This document shows positions 7,737-20,600 of a DNA stretch of 48,029 bases, piece after piece. Position numbers and translations under genes: made by a program. The number at the start of each line of letters is the position of its first letter. Position 1 is the stretch's first letter. The notes below the pieces were generated by a model. The model searched no databases. It saw only the letters and a program-made list of their open reading frames with translations, and was not told where the DNA came from. Source of the stretch: Bacteroidales bacterium (GTDB lineage Bacteria > Bacteroidota > Bacteroidia > Bacteroidales > UBA4181); NCBI GenBank assembly GCA_031271175.1, contig JAISWE010000006.1:1-48029 (forward strand), read 5' to 3'.

Positions 7737-8993
7737 TTATTCCATTCCGAACAGCCTTTTGATATGCCGTCCGTAGATGTTTTCCATGACTTGCCGGCCA
7801 ATGATTTCCTTGTGCTTTATTAGGGCTTCGGTATAAAGCACGCCATATTCTGCGGCTATCTTGTAGCCCACGTGCATCAACTGGCGGAAATGGGGATTAT
7901 AGTCGGGATGTCCCGGTATGTGGCGTAGCGTGTTGGCCAGTTTCTCGCCTGTCCAGCGTTCGATTGCCTTGGCAGTGGGAAGCTGGGCTTTGTTGATGTT
8001 GATCATAGTGGAACAGGGAGCGCAAAGTTCGTCGTATCGTGCAAATGCGCCGGCATAAATGACTTTGGCAAGGTCTATGGCTTCTTCATCATTGGACAAG
8101 GCCAAACCGATGATTTCCTCAAGCCATGTAGTACCGGAAGTTTTCACGTGAATCCCCTTGTCGTATTTCTTGATCAATTTGCCCATGACGGGATAGATTG
8201 AAAACTTGTCGCTTCCGGAATGAATACTGAGTTTGAGGTTGACCGGCAGGCCAAATTCCTTCACGGCATGGTCAATCACCAACAAATCTTCTTCAAACTC
8301 CTTGCCGAACTGCGCCACGTCGCCGGCATAATCCACGCCTTTGTTGAAACGTCCGATAAATTTGGGCGCGATGGTTTGTGCCGGGATGCGTTCGCCGGCG
8401 ATGGCGCTCAGGATGAAAAACATTTCGACGGGCGACTGCGCTTCGTTCACTTCATTCATCGAGACTTCGGCAATGAAATTACCGGCGCCCTTTGCCTTTT
8501 CGATATGACGGTAGATTTTTCCGGCTTCCTGCACGGCATAAAGGAATTTTTCGGCAATGTCCCGCAACAGCGTTTCGGACACGTCAAAAGGCGCAACGAT
8601 CCCCGGAATCGATAATTTTCCGATGTATTTCCGGTTCCGGGCTACAAAGGCGTCAATATCGGCGTCCGCTGCTTTTTGCCCGATGTAACCGGCCACGTCG
8701 AGCGTGAAAAAGTCCGAATGATCAATGAACCTGTCCACATTGCTCAGGTGGATGTGATCGGCGTTAACGAAATAAGCCCCCGTATAACCCAGCGCTTTCA
8801 CGGCAGCATCAGCCTCCTCGCGCGTATCGGCGGGGGTAGAATGTACAATGGCATGTTCGCGGTTCGATTTGTTCCACACCGGCGTTATCGCTATGCCAAG
8901 CGTCTTGCTTGCCCGAATCAGGGCTTGCAGTTGAGCTTCCCCCTCGTGGGAGAAACGGTCGCCCACGCCAAATGAATATTTTCCTGTTTGCAT
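7737..8993 (-). CDS. uxaE: Tagaturonate/fructuronate epimerase UxaE family
   Basis: SFGVGDRF, PVWNKSNREH, ADH, TIAPKFIGRFNKGVDY, KLSIHSGSDKFSIY, HVKTSGTTWLE and RQLMHVGYK. Start set at ATG 8993 (MQTGKY). Confidence 0.9.
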   Translation of the reverse strand: MQTGKYSFGVGDRFSHEGEAQLQALIRASKTLGIAITPVWNKSNREHAIVHSTPADTREEADAAVKALGYTGAYFVNADHIHLSNVDRFIDHSDFFTLDVAGYIGQKAADADIDAFVARNRKYIGKLSIPGIVAPFDVSETLLRDIAEKFLYAVQEAGKIYRHIEKAKGAGNFIAEVSMNEVNEAQSPVEMFFILSAIAGERIPAQTIAPKFIGRFNKGVDYAGDVAQFGKEFEEDLLVIDHAVKEFGLPVNLKLSIHSGSDKFSIYPVMGKLIKKYDKGIHVKTSGTTWLEEIIGLALSNDEEAIDLAKVIYAGAFARYDELCAPCSTMININKAQLPTAKAIERWTGEKLANTLRHIPGHPDYNPHFRQLMHVGYKIAAEYGVLYTEALIKHKEIIGRQVMENIYGRHIKRLFGME

Positions 8994-9133
8994 ATATCCT
9001 TGCCTATATTGTTTAAAATAATTATTATCAATAAGATGAATACACATTATTGATAGCTTGTACACACACGAAAATACAAAATATTTTGTTTCGATCAATA
9101 TTATGTTTATTTTCGCAAAAATTTGATATCATC

Positions 9134-9988
9134 ATGACAAAAATAATTTCTTTCAACGATCTGAAAAACAAGGTCTGTGTATTAACCGGCGGCGCCGGTG
9201 TCATTGGGGCAAGTCTGGTGCGCGGGCTGGCTGCCGTGGGGGTGAAAACCGCTATCGTCGATCTCAACGAAGAAGCCGCGCAAAAGTTAGCTGCCGAAGT
9301 GGAAAACGAATATGACGTCGTTACCATCGGTGTAGGCGCCAGCGTGCTGGATAAGGAATCGTTGCTGGCGGCCAAAAAAGTCATCAACGAAAAAATCGGC
9401 AAAATCAACTTCCTGATCAACGGAGCAGGCGGCAACTCGCCCATGGCAACCACCCAACTGGAGGAAATACAGCCCGCCAACCTGAACGAACTGGAAAAAA
9501 CCTTCTACGGCCTGAACATGGAAGGCTTCCAGAAGGTGTACGATCTCAATTTCAAAGGCACACTGCTGCCCACGATGGTCTTTACTACCGACATGCTCGA
9601 AGCGGGTAAAGGAGGAGTGCTCAACATCTCGTCCATGAACGCTTACAAGCCGCTCACCAAAATACCCGCCTATTCGGCTGCCAAAGCGTCCATCAACAAT
9701 TTCACCGAATGGCTCGCCGTGCATCTGGCAAAAACGGGCATCCGCGTCAATGCCATTGCTCCCGGCTTTTTCCTCACCAACCAGAACCGCTTCCTGCTGA
9801 CCGACGAAAAAACAGGCGAAGCCACGCCACGCGGCAAAAAAATCATCGCCAGTACACCGATGGGCAAGTATGGCGAACCGGACGACCTGAAAGGCGCCAT
9901 GCTCTACCTGCTGAGCGACATCTCATCGTTCGTCACCGGCATCTGCATCCCGGTGGACGGCGGATACAGCGCATACGGAGGCGTATGA
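9134..9988 (+). CDS. uxuB: SDR oxidoreductase, probable D-mannonate oxidoreductase (fructuronate reductase)
   Basis: TGGAGVIG, INGAGGNSP, NISSMNA..PLTKIPAYSAAKA (YxxxK) and NAIAPGFF. Lies between uxaE and kdgK. Confidence 0.82.
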   Translation: MTKIISFNDLKNKVCVLTGGAGVIGASLVRGLAAVGVKTAIVDLNEEAAQKLAAEVENEYDVVTIGVGASVLDKESLLAAKKVINEKIGKINFLINGAGGNSPMATTQLEEIQPANLNELEKTFYGLNMEGFQKVYDLNFKGTLLPTMVFTTDMLEAGKGGVLNISSMNAYKPLTKIPAYSAAKASINNFTEWLAVHLAKTGIRVNAIAPGFFLTNQNRFLLTDEKTGEATPRGKKIIASTPMGKYGEPDDLKGAMLYLLSDISSFVTGICIPVDGGYSAYGGV

Positions 9989-10025
9989 TTTGCCATCGAT
10001 CATTTTCTTCTGTCCATTTGGCAAA

Positions 10026-10072
10026 TCATTTTTATCCGTTGGTGTGTAATTGGAAATTTAATGCTACCTTTG
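10026..10072 (+). promoter_or_regulatory. Repeated promoter module, copy 2, upstream of kdgK
   Basis: tcatttttatccgttggtgtgtaattggaaatttaatgctacctttg; 42 of 47 aligned positions match copy 1. Confidence 0.75.
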
Positions 10073-10112
10073 TGAGCAAAAAGTAAATAGTGATGTTGAG
10101 TTCAAAAGACAA

Positions 10113-11192
10113 ATGAGTATACAGTTAAAAAAAGAAGCAAGATGGGCGCTGGCAGCGCCTACCAGCATGGGTGTACGTATCACGCCGCAGAGCGGACAGC
10201 CCGTATATAGCGGCGACATCTTCCAAATGCAGGCGACAAGCGCCGAAACCAACGTGGCGAGTATTTCGTCCTACCTCGGACTGCCGGTGAAAGTGCTCAC
10301 CACTTTCGTGAAAGACAGTCCCGTTGCGCAGTTCATCAAGCAGAGCCTTCGTGCGCGCGGCATGGACTATGAGGGCGTGGAGGTAGAGCAGGGCGGCCCG
10401 TGGGGATACCGTCACCAGTTCAACATTGCCGACAGCGGCTACGGCACGCGGGGGCCCCGCGTGCACAACGACCGCGCCGGCGAAGTGGGACGCACGCTCA
10501 ACGTGAAGGACTTCGACCTCGACCGCCTCTTCGACAATGAAGGCGTGCAGATCATCCACCTCTCCGGACTGATTGGCGCACTGTCGCCCGAAACAGGGCA
10601 ATTCTGCCTCGAACTGGCGCGCGCCGCCAAAAAATACGGCACGCGCATCTCCTTCGACCTCAACTACAGAGCCTCCTTCTGGAAAGGGCGGGAAAAAGAA
10701 CTGCAAGGCATTTTCACGGAAATCGCTTCCGTGGCCGACATCCTCATCGGCAACGAGGAAGACTTCCAGCTTTGCCTGAGCATCGAAGGCCCAGAAGCGG
10801 GAGGCAAAGCCATTGCCGACAAGATAGAAGGCTTCAAGGAAATGACCATGCGCGTAAAAAAGGCTTTCCCTGCGGCATCCATCTTCGCCACCACCCTGCG
10901 CGAGGTGCTAAGCGTAAACGAACACCTCTGGGGCGCCATCGTGCTGCACGACAACAGTTTCTCCACTATCGACCCAAAGCCCATCCGCGTGCTCGACCGC
11001 ATCGGCGGCGGAGACGGCTTCGTGGGAGGGCTGCTCTACGGTATCCTGAAAGGCTGGGACGCCGAAAAATGCACCCGCTTCGGATGGGCGACCGGAGCGC
11101 TGGCAACCACTTTCCTGACCGACTATGCACAGCCGGCAGACGAAGAAATGGTGTGGAGCGTGTGGAAAGGCAATGCAAGAGTGAAACGATAA
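10113..11192 (+). CDS. kdgK: PfkB-family sugar kinase, probable 2-keto-3-deoxygluconate kinase
   Basis: SAETNVA, ISFDLNYRASFW, GNEEDFQ and PfkB signature DRIGGGDGFVGG, in a hexuronate gene context. Confidence 0.85.
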   Translation: MSIQLKKEARWALAAPTSMGVRITPQSGQPVYSGDIFQMQATSAETNVASISSYLGLPVKVLTTFVKDSPVAQFIKQSLRARGMDYEGVEVEQGGPWGYRHQFNIADSGYGTRGPRVHNDRAGEVGRTLNVKDFDLDRLFDNEGVQIIHLSGLIGALSPETGQFCLELARAAKKYGTRISFDLNYRASFWKGREKELQGIFTEIASVADILIGNEEDFQLCLSIEGPEAGGKAIADKIEGFKEMTMRVKKAFPAASIFATTLREVLSVNEHLWGAIVLHDNSFSTIDPKPIRVLDRIGGGDGFVGGLLYGILKGWDAEKCTRFGWATGALATTFLTDYAQPADEEMVWSVWKGNARVKR

Positions 11193-11217
11193 AATAAGCC
11201 CTGAGAGGGACTTGCAA

Positions 11218-11466
11218 CCTTACATCGTAATGTAAAGCCGCCTTACATCGTAATGTAAAGCAGCCTTAGATAGTAATGTAAAGCCACCTTACATAGTAAT
11301 GTAAAGCAGCCTTACATAGTAATGTAAAGCAGCCTTAGATAGTAATGTAAAGCTACCTTAGATAGTAATGTAAAGCTACCTTAGATAGTAATGTAACGCA
11401 GCCTTAGATAGTAATGTAACGCAGCCTTAGATAGTATGTAAAGTTGCCCTAAATAGGAATGTAAAA
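11218..11466. repeat. Intergenic tandem array of a 23-bp palindromic unit (~10 copies plus 1 degenerate)
   Basis: Unit ccttaSatMgtaatgtaaagcNN starts at 11218, 11241, 11264 ... 11425. It contains the dyad TTACAT-N4-ATGTAA. Confidence 0.95.
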
Positions 11467-11667
11467 ATTTAGCGCCGTACTTTTTTTATTTTTTTAACAT
11501 CAATTCAAAAAAATATCGTATTTTTGTTGGAAAATAAAAAAAATGATTTATTATCGAAAATGAAGACCATACGGGCAAAGAAAGTGAATTTACCGGTAAC
11601 TTTATTTTTAATATATCGTATATATTAGTAACGATAAGAGTATGTTTGTATTAAATATTTGAATTAA

Positions 11668-14600
11668 ATGAGTCGTTGTATTAATAATAATGCCCTTTGC
11701 CGGCAAGATCGCTGCCGCTTCTTTCTCAGGGCGGGAAAAATCGGATGGCTGGCTTTGCTTTTGGTATGTCTGATGCCGGATACGGCAAGGGCGCAGTGTG
11801 ATTTCTGGGAAGATGACGATCAGCGCCCGCTCGGTACAGCCAATGCCTGCGCTAACCCGGAACGCCAATATACCGTCACTATACGACGGGCAATACTCCA
11901 AGGCACTTATCCTGCCAGTCAGTTGTCTTTCGGTATTCACTGGGGGGACGGTACCCCCGATACGGAAATATCGGCTCTTTCCTGTACCCTTTCACCATCG
12001 CCTTGGCCCGGGTACGATTATTACGTATCCGCTCCGGTAACGCATAATTATCCGATAAGCCCTCTTTGTATGTACCAGTCGCAGTCTTACGTTACAATCA
12101 ACGGAACGACGGTTTGTAACAGTCTGACAAAGAAAAACGTGACGGTATGGTCCACCGATGATCTGGGAAGCGGCTCATTGCTGTTGAAATCCGATGAAGT
12201 CAATGGGGTAGTGGAATACCTGGTTTGCGAAAGGGAACCGGTGAACATTAATTTCCGCGACCTGTCCACCCTTGCCTGTAACTTCACCGAAGCGGATGCG
12301 GCAAACGCTTATTCTTACAATCTTCAGGCGCGGCGCACCCAGTTTGCTTTTGGCGTTACCAATGCAGACGGAGCGCCGCTGCCTCCGGAGGTAAGCGTAG
12401 GGGGTAATCCGGTGACTGACGCTGGGGGGGCGCTGATAAGCGGCGTTTATGAAACAACGCCTGTGCAGGTGCATTCTCCCATCGTGACAGATCAGAAAAT
12501 GAGCTACCCGACGCCGGACATTACCATACCCGCTGACAAAACCGTTGCCGGGCAACGCTTTACCATCGAGTTGCGCAATTGGAATAGCTGTAACTCCTAT
12601 CCGGGAAACTCTCCCGTCACCGTTACGGCTTCCATCTTAGTGACGGAAACGCCCTACAATCCGGCGGCGGCTACCCTCACATTTTGTCACCAGAATCATT
12701 ACAGCGCCCCCAATAACGCCAAGTTCAACCATACCGTAACCCACACCTCTCCGTTGAACGCCACCATGACGGGCGGCACTTATATCTGGTACAACGACAA
12801 TGCCGGCAGCCCGGGCAATACGGTGCTCAAATCCTCTACCTCCAATACGTTCAATCCTGCTACCGAGCCTTCCGCCACCTACCGGCTGAATCCTGCTGTT
12901 GCGGGTCATTACGACTACTGGGTGCGCTATGTGAAAACCCGCACCGTCAACGGCCAAACGGTGACCTGCCAGACCAAACTGGTGAAAGTACGGTGGACAG
13001 TACGTAACGACATATCCGCTGTTCCCGGCAATCCTGTTTCCAGTACCGGCAAAATGGAAGCCTGTCCCGATGAAAGCATTACCCTTTCCTATCCGACTCC
13101 TCCCGCCGCCGCGACCTACGGAGGAAACACCGTTTACAAGTGGGAATACAGCACCAACGGCGGCACCACATGGACGGCCGCCACCGGCGGCAGCGACTTT
13201 ACGCAAACCGCTACCGGACAAAACGCTACGATTACGTTGCGAAATGCCGGCACCGGCCCCATCACCTATCAAATAAGGATACATCGCGAATGGGAGAATC
13301 CCATCGCCTCGCCCGCCGTTTCGGGTTGCAAATACAGTTATACCGGTTCCAACTGCAACACCTGTCCGGGCAACTCCACCACCATAACGTTGACGGCCAA
13401 CCCCAAGCCCCGCGCCAACCTTGCCGGCGGAGGCACCATCTGTCCGGACGAGGATATCAAGCTAAATGTCACCGGATTATATGCAAAACAAAACCCATCT
13501 ACTCCCTATTACCGCGTACATATCAAATTAAATGAAGGAGCAAATCCCGGTCAGGAATTCGACCTTGATTTTAATACCGCCAATGCTACCGTCAATGGGG
13601 CGGTGACAGTGAATCCCGCCAACGGTACCGCCACCCGCTATACGATCGCCGAAGTGAGCGACCGGGTCACCGGCTGTATCAATACCGGTACCGGCACAGC
13701 TGACGTTTACAAACGGGCCACCCTCCTTCCGCCGACATGGGACAGCAAACCGGCGGACGTCCTGTGCGCCAACACCGCTTATACCTGGGACGCTTCCGCC
13801 TTGCCTTCCGTAACGCTGACAGGCACCAATCCGCCTGCCAATCAGCCGCAAAACATTGAATACCTTTGGTCGGCATGGAACACGGATACCCACCCCGCCG
13901 ACGACCAATATACCCTTAATTCCGGCGCGGCGGCCGTGCCGAACGGCACGAGTCGGTCCATCAGCGTATCCTACCGCTATTCCACGCAGGCTGCGCAATC
14001 CGCCAAAACAGACAAATACTGTTCTTCCACTGCCCAGACACATGCCGTAACGGTGATCCCCAAACCCGGCGCCGCAACGGTCGTTTCCAACCAGACCGTC
14101 TGCAACGGCGACGATGCCACCGTAAGGGTGAACCTGACGGGAGTGGCCAATTCCAACTGGAACTTTATATGGCGGTTGACGAAAGGAGCAGTGGTTTATA
14201 CCTCTCCGCCGGTTACCGGTATTCCCGGAAACGCTGCCGGAACGTACAGCAACTACGCCGTTACCATTCCCAACAGCGCTTTTTTAGGCACGCCGAAAGA
14301 CGGCGCCTATACCTTTGAAATTGTGTCCGTATGGCAGGACAGGCTGGGAGCATCCGGATGTCCGGGAACCGTCACCAACAACGCTGTCACCGTCACTGTA
14401 CGGAAAGTGCCGGCGGCAACGCTGAGCGGTACGGAGACGATCTGTGAAAAAATGCCCTACACCATTCCCTATCCCGATTTTAGCCTGAACGGCGATGCGG
14501 GAGGCACCTATTCCGTCACCTACCACAGCGATAAACCCGGTGCAACCGACCAAACGGTGACCGGCATCGCGGCAGGCGGCGGACTGACCATTCCCGCCTC

Positions 14601-17600
14601 CATGATCAAAGAAGGCGCCGCTCATACCATCATCACCATTGTCAATGTAAAACAGACGGTAGGCGCGCTGGAGTGCGACGGAGGCGCGGGAACAGGCTCT
14701 TTCGATATCGAAACGCAGGCAGCGCCCAATGCAGGAAGTGATCAATCCATCTGCGCTCCTTTTTATACGTCGATCACGATGACCGCAGATCCGGTTCCGC
14801 CTCCGGGCGGTACATGGGTATTGGCGGGCAAAAATCCGACAACAGCGGCCGATCCTACCTTGTCCAGCAACACTGATGAAAATGCAACGGTCACCTTTAC
14901 AGACCCGGGCGTTTACAAATATGCATGGGTAACTTCCGCCGGTTGTCCCGATACGGTCGTATTGACCTATGAAAAGGCAGCCGAGCAGGCAATAGTCAAC
15001 AAGACTACCCGCATAGTGTGCGGCAATGAGATTACCCTGACGGGAACCACTTCCCTGAATGCGCTGCAACCCTGGGAAGTAGGCACATGGTCGCTGTATT
15101 CGGCGCCTCCAGGAGGAGAGATTGTTTCTCCCTCTACCTGTGGGGTAGAAGGTTCCTTCCCTCTGGAAGGAGCGGGGCAGTACACGTCCCCCCCTCCCGC
15201 CATCGCCTGCGGTATTCATAGCCCTGTCGCCGCTATCGAGGTGAACAAACCGGGCGTATATGTTTTCCGCTGGGAAGTGAGAACCAACTGTTCCTATACG
15301 GTGGACAGCATCAAAGTTACCTTCAAGCAGATACCCCAAACCGTGCAGGTACCCGCCTTTCAGTTCTGCGAAGATTCCGACACCACCATCACCTTTAGGG
15401 ACGTAGATCCGACGTTTGAGACGGACATCTTGTACCGCTGGACGCACAACGGAGTGCTGGGCGGTCCTTTCACCGACAATCCGGCTACGATCATAGCCCC
15501 CGTTCAGTACCCTTCGGTATCGGGCGATATGAATTACACCATTTCCGTTACGCCGAGCAAAAACGGCTGTACGGGCGTTGCGATGAACTTTACCGCTACC
15601 GCGCGACCGAAGCCGCACCTGAACCCGCAAAGCGACCAGGTCCTGTGTCCGCGAGAGGGCGTAGAGTTGGAAATCAACCCCTCGCTCACCAACATGACGG
15701 GCGGCATCCGCTACGAATGGAAAGGCCTTCCGGCGCCCCATCCCAATCCGGGCGTAACGGACGGATCGGCACAGGTGAATACTTCTCCCTACAAATACGT
15801 GTTGCAGGCAGCTTCCAACAATACGTCCTTCCCCCAGACAGGGGACATCGGCATCGTTGCCTCGGTAAGAGGCTGCGTGAGCGATACGCTGAAATTCAAC
15901 GTCACGGTGAAACCGCAGCCGGTGATCACCCTCTCGGATGCCGGAAGACAGTACTGCCCCGACCTCAATGTTGAACAGGCGGACATGACGCAGTTCTCCG
16001 CCGACATTCCGGGAACGGATTTCATTTGGACTTACACGGGCGCCGCCATCGGATTCAGCGGCGCCAACCAGGCCGCAACGCCGGTGATGGCGGTTCCGGG
16101 CAACTACACCACCGTGCCATCCTTTACCACCGCCTCCAACCTTACCAACGGCAACCTGCACGGCACGGTTACCCTGACGGCTTCCTACGACGGATGCGAC
16201 ACCACCCGCTCTTTTACCGTGGATGTGAAACCGAAACCGGTCATCAGGGTAGATCACGCCAATGAAACGCTGTGCGCCGCCAAGGATGCCTCCGATGTAA
16301 GATATTTCTCGGAAATTAAGCCGCAGCCGGGTGTGGGATATACCTATACTCCCGTCTATTCCTTCGTTTCGCGTCAAGGCTTGTTTACCAACACCCTGAC
16401 CTCGGCATTGGATATCCCCGTAACGGGCGCCATCATGGACGATATCAGGGTTCCCGAATCCAATGGCGCCAACGACAGCATTATGCTGGTAGTGGTCACT
16501 CCCACGCTGAACGGATGCAAGGGCGATTCCGTCACAGTGGAACTGGTGGCGCATCCGCTTCCTGTGATAGACACGATTCCCGATCAGAAAACCTGTCCGG
16601 CAACAGCCTTTCAGGAAGTGAACTTTTCTTCTAACCTGCCGGCATCCTTCATCAGCTACTATACCTACCAGTTCGGTTCCACGAACGTGGGTATGGGCGC
16701 CAATGCCAGCGCCAACAGTACTTATGTGCCGTCGTTCACCGCCATCAACAATACCGGTTCCGGCGATATCACATCCTCCGTATCCGTGAATGCGCGCAGT
16801 ATTTACGGCTGTATGAACGCTGTTACGGAAATCTACAACTATGTTGTTTTTCCGAAACCGGTGATACAGCAGCCCGATATGGCGCTGATAGGAAGTCCTC
16901 CCGTTGCCAGCGTCAACAACCGTTTTTGCCCGGGCGACAAGGTCTCTTTCGCCGATTTTGCAACACAGATTACCAAAACCGGCATTACCATTGATTATTC
17001 CTGGTACCTGAGCGGTCCCTACAGCGGCAGCATCGGGTTAAATCCCTCGTTCGGCTCCGACTCTGTTCCGTCGTTCACGGCCGCCCAAAACCTGTCGGGC
17101 GCCAATATTTCCGTTCCGCTCATCATGACGGCTACTTCAAGCGACGGATGCGTGTCGGCGGATGCGCAAATCACGCTCACCCTGCTGACCGCCCCCCGCA
17201 TGAACCCCATTTTGGACAGAGAGGAGTGTCCGTTGACCGAAATACCGGGCATCTCGTTCTCCGCCAATATAGCGCTAAGCCCCAGCGAGTTTTTCTGGCA
17301 ATTAGACAATACGGGTATTTCCGGCGGCGGCGGCACTACCCCGTTGCTGGGTCCCAATATCGACCAGACCGGATGGATTCCCATCTTCACTACACCTGAG
17401 AATATCAGCGGAACGCCTGTTACAGGTAATTTTATGGTATGGGCGGCGGCAGCCAGCGGCACCAACTTCTGCGTGGGCGATACCGTCCATTTTTCCTTCA
17501 CGGTGAAACCTAAGCCCGACGTATGGCTGGATACCATTGCGGGAACTGCCGTGGTGGACAGGTTCTACTGTCCCGATGCGGCGACGGATATTTATACCTT

Positions 17601-20600
17601 CCGTAGCGGCAATGCCGGCGTTTCTCAATACCGGTGGAGCTACGGTACCGAAATAGGCTTGAACACACCCGGCAACCAAATCGGTAACTACATTCCCTCT
17701 TTTATCACGCGCAATCAGGGCAACAGTGGCTTAAACACCGTTGATTCCAAATTTATCGTACAGTCGGTGCTGAACGGATGCTACAGCGACACCGCCCGCT
17801 TCACGGTGACTGTGGGACCGATGCCGCAAGTGACGCTGCCCCCGGATACGGCGTTGTGCGCTGGAATACCCGTTTGCCCGAAGCCTTTCAACGTAATATC
17901 AGATACTACGGGCACAGCGTACGACTATGAGTTTGTATGGACGGCGACGAACTTCGCCGAATTGCAGCGGTGGCCGCTGGGTTCCGGCGCTTTGCCGCCG
18001 GGAGGGAACAGCCACCTTCCGTGTTTTATCGGGGATACCACTCATGCTTCCTATGGCACCAATACCCTGTGGGGTGTAACGCCGAAAATGCTCAATGTTA
18101 CGGTAACGCCCCAGTATTACTATGAACAGGGTACGCCGCTGCAAAAACTTTGCGTCAACCCCAATCCTTCCTACGTTCGTTATCAAATCAATCCCCTGCC
18201 CAATACGCGCTTTCTTCCTTCGGATGACAAATGTGTGCGAGACGGCGAACTAAAAATATATCAGGTACAAACACCGGAGTCCGTCGGTTCTTACTACGAG
18301 TGGGGAGTAGAAGATACGCTGCATCTACCGGACACGAGTGTCGGAGCGCCCACTATTCATCCTACCATCTTGCATGAACAGTTTGCGGTATTCGTATATC
18401 CTAATCCGGCAGCAAATTGGGAAGGTTACATCACCGTTCGGGAAAGGAATACCTTCGGATGCTGGGCGGATACCATGTATCAGCATGTGAGAGTGATTAC
18501 CGCTCCAGCCATATTTGCGGGGAACGATACCCTCATTTGTTCGGGCGAAGTTTTGCGACTGAACGGAAAGTTGCTTAATCCGGCCATCGCGCCGGCCAAC
18601 TGCGCCGGAACGGTGGGCGGACCGGGGTGTATCAACTATGAATGGTTCCCCAATACCTCTTTGGTTCAGGATGGTACCGTTGATGGGGAAGGCGCATTGG
18701 ATTATCTTACGCTGAGGCCGAGAGTACGGCCTTACGGCAACATGCGGCTTACCCTTAGAGCCAATCTGGACGGTTGCTGGAGTTTCCCGGACACCATCAA
18801 CATCGCAGTGGGCAGAACGCCAAATACACCTGTCATTCCGGACAACACTTACTGTCAAACGGAAACGCCCATGACAGTGAAGTTCCTCAGTGCGACGGAT
18901 CCAACCGACAGCATACGGTGGTTCAGGGGGGGCGTAGACGGAGTCATGAACTGGACCAGCGTGGACGCCCTGATTCCGTCCGCCTACGATCAGGACACGG
19001 TGAACATGCTGTTGCACCCCAACGCGATACCCTCGCCCCTTGTTTTCCTCGGCAGCAACGACGAAGCTGTGATTCGCTACGGCGTGTACCTGATCAGCAG
19101 CGATGGCTGTCTGAGCGATACCGCGCTGACTACCATGCGCATCAGGAATGTGCCGGATAAATTTCCCTCCGATACGACGGAATACTGCCGCAACGGATTA
19201 ACGAGCTTCATGCTGGATGCCGGCGATAATGTGCGCTGGTACAGCGACACCATCTACCCGCCCAACCCCAATATACCGGGGGCGGAACTGTTCACGGGAC
19301 GTTTCTACAACGCCAACCACATCATCACAGGGGATACCGCTTTCTATATCAAGAAACAGGCGCCCAACGGATGCTGGAGTTACTATGCCGAAAAGAAACT
19401 GATGGTACATGACAATCCTGTCATCCAATACACCCTGACCGACTCCATCGGCTGCGCCGATCTGGATACGAAATTAGACAATCTGGCCGTCGATCCGGAT
19501 GTGACTTATATTGTCAACTGGGGCGACGCACAGTTGGATACCATCTCTGCGATGGCGTCGATCAATCATACCTATTCCAACAATACCGCCTACAATTCCC
19601 TGATGCTGTTCCGCTTCGACGCCATCAGCAAAATCAATCACGACCTCAACGGACAGTATTGCTCCAGCAATTCGTCCAAACAGGTAGTGGTCTTTCCGAA
19701 AGTGCAGGCGGTTATTCAAGGGCTGTCGCCGGGCATCTGCGACCAGTCCGAGATAAGCTCCGTTTATCAGCAACACATGTCGCTGTATGCGCAGGGCAAC
19801 GGGACGGAGTTCCTCTGGGACTTTGGCGACGGGGTCACCAGCACGCAACGCAACGTCGATCACGTGTTTGTCAGCAGCCTTTCATTGCCGGCCAAATACA
19901 ATACGCCCGATACCATCACGGTGACGCTGACGGCTTCAACAGGACAAAACAGCTTCAACGGAAATACCTATCCCGCATGTTCGGTGGTTGTTACCGGAGA
20001 AATTGTGCTCTGGCCGACGCCGAAAGCGGAATTTACCTATACCGACATGGACGGTAACCTGATGCCGGCGTGGGTTTGTTCTCCCAACAATGTGACCTTC
20101 GACAACCTGCAATGGAATGCCGGTCCTCCGTCCGACAACGGCGTCAACGGAAATGACGTCCGCTACGAATGGACGGTTGATTTAGGCGCCAATACGGGTA
20201 TCGACACCCTGTTCCGGTTCAACAATACCAATTTTACCGCCAAGACCACCATGCTGAAACTGACGGCCACCAACACGTTCTACGGTTGCAGCGATACGAT
20301 GATTCGCAGCATTCAGGTTATGCCGCGCCTGTCCGTTGACTTCAACATCACGCAGGACAACGGCTGCGCCCCGCTGACGATAGAACTGAACAGCGAATCG
20401 ATGGGAGCCAAGTTCAGCCGCTGGTTCTGGGATGTCGATCACAAACCGCTGGCGCCGGACGACGGCACGCTGCATCCTCTTCCGGAAACGGGCGACCATA
20501 TCATACATACTTTCCTCAATCCCTCCACTACGGATTCGGCAGTATATCATATATGGCTGCGGACGGAAACAGGCACCAGCGTTGCACAGTGCTACATGTG

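Noticed and set aside
11218-11466. CRISPR array
   Set aside because: Units are directly adjacent with no unique spacers, and there are no cas genes in the window.
14284-16554. 756-aa minus-strand ORF inside the giant gene (likewise 32901-34166, 35149-36588, 39371-40633)
   Set aside because: These are antisense to well-supported genes, have no motifs, and are expected from codon bias in GC-rich coding DNA.
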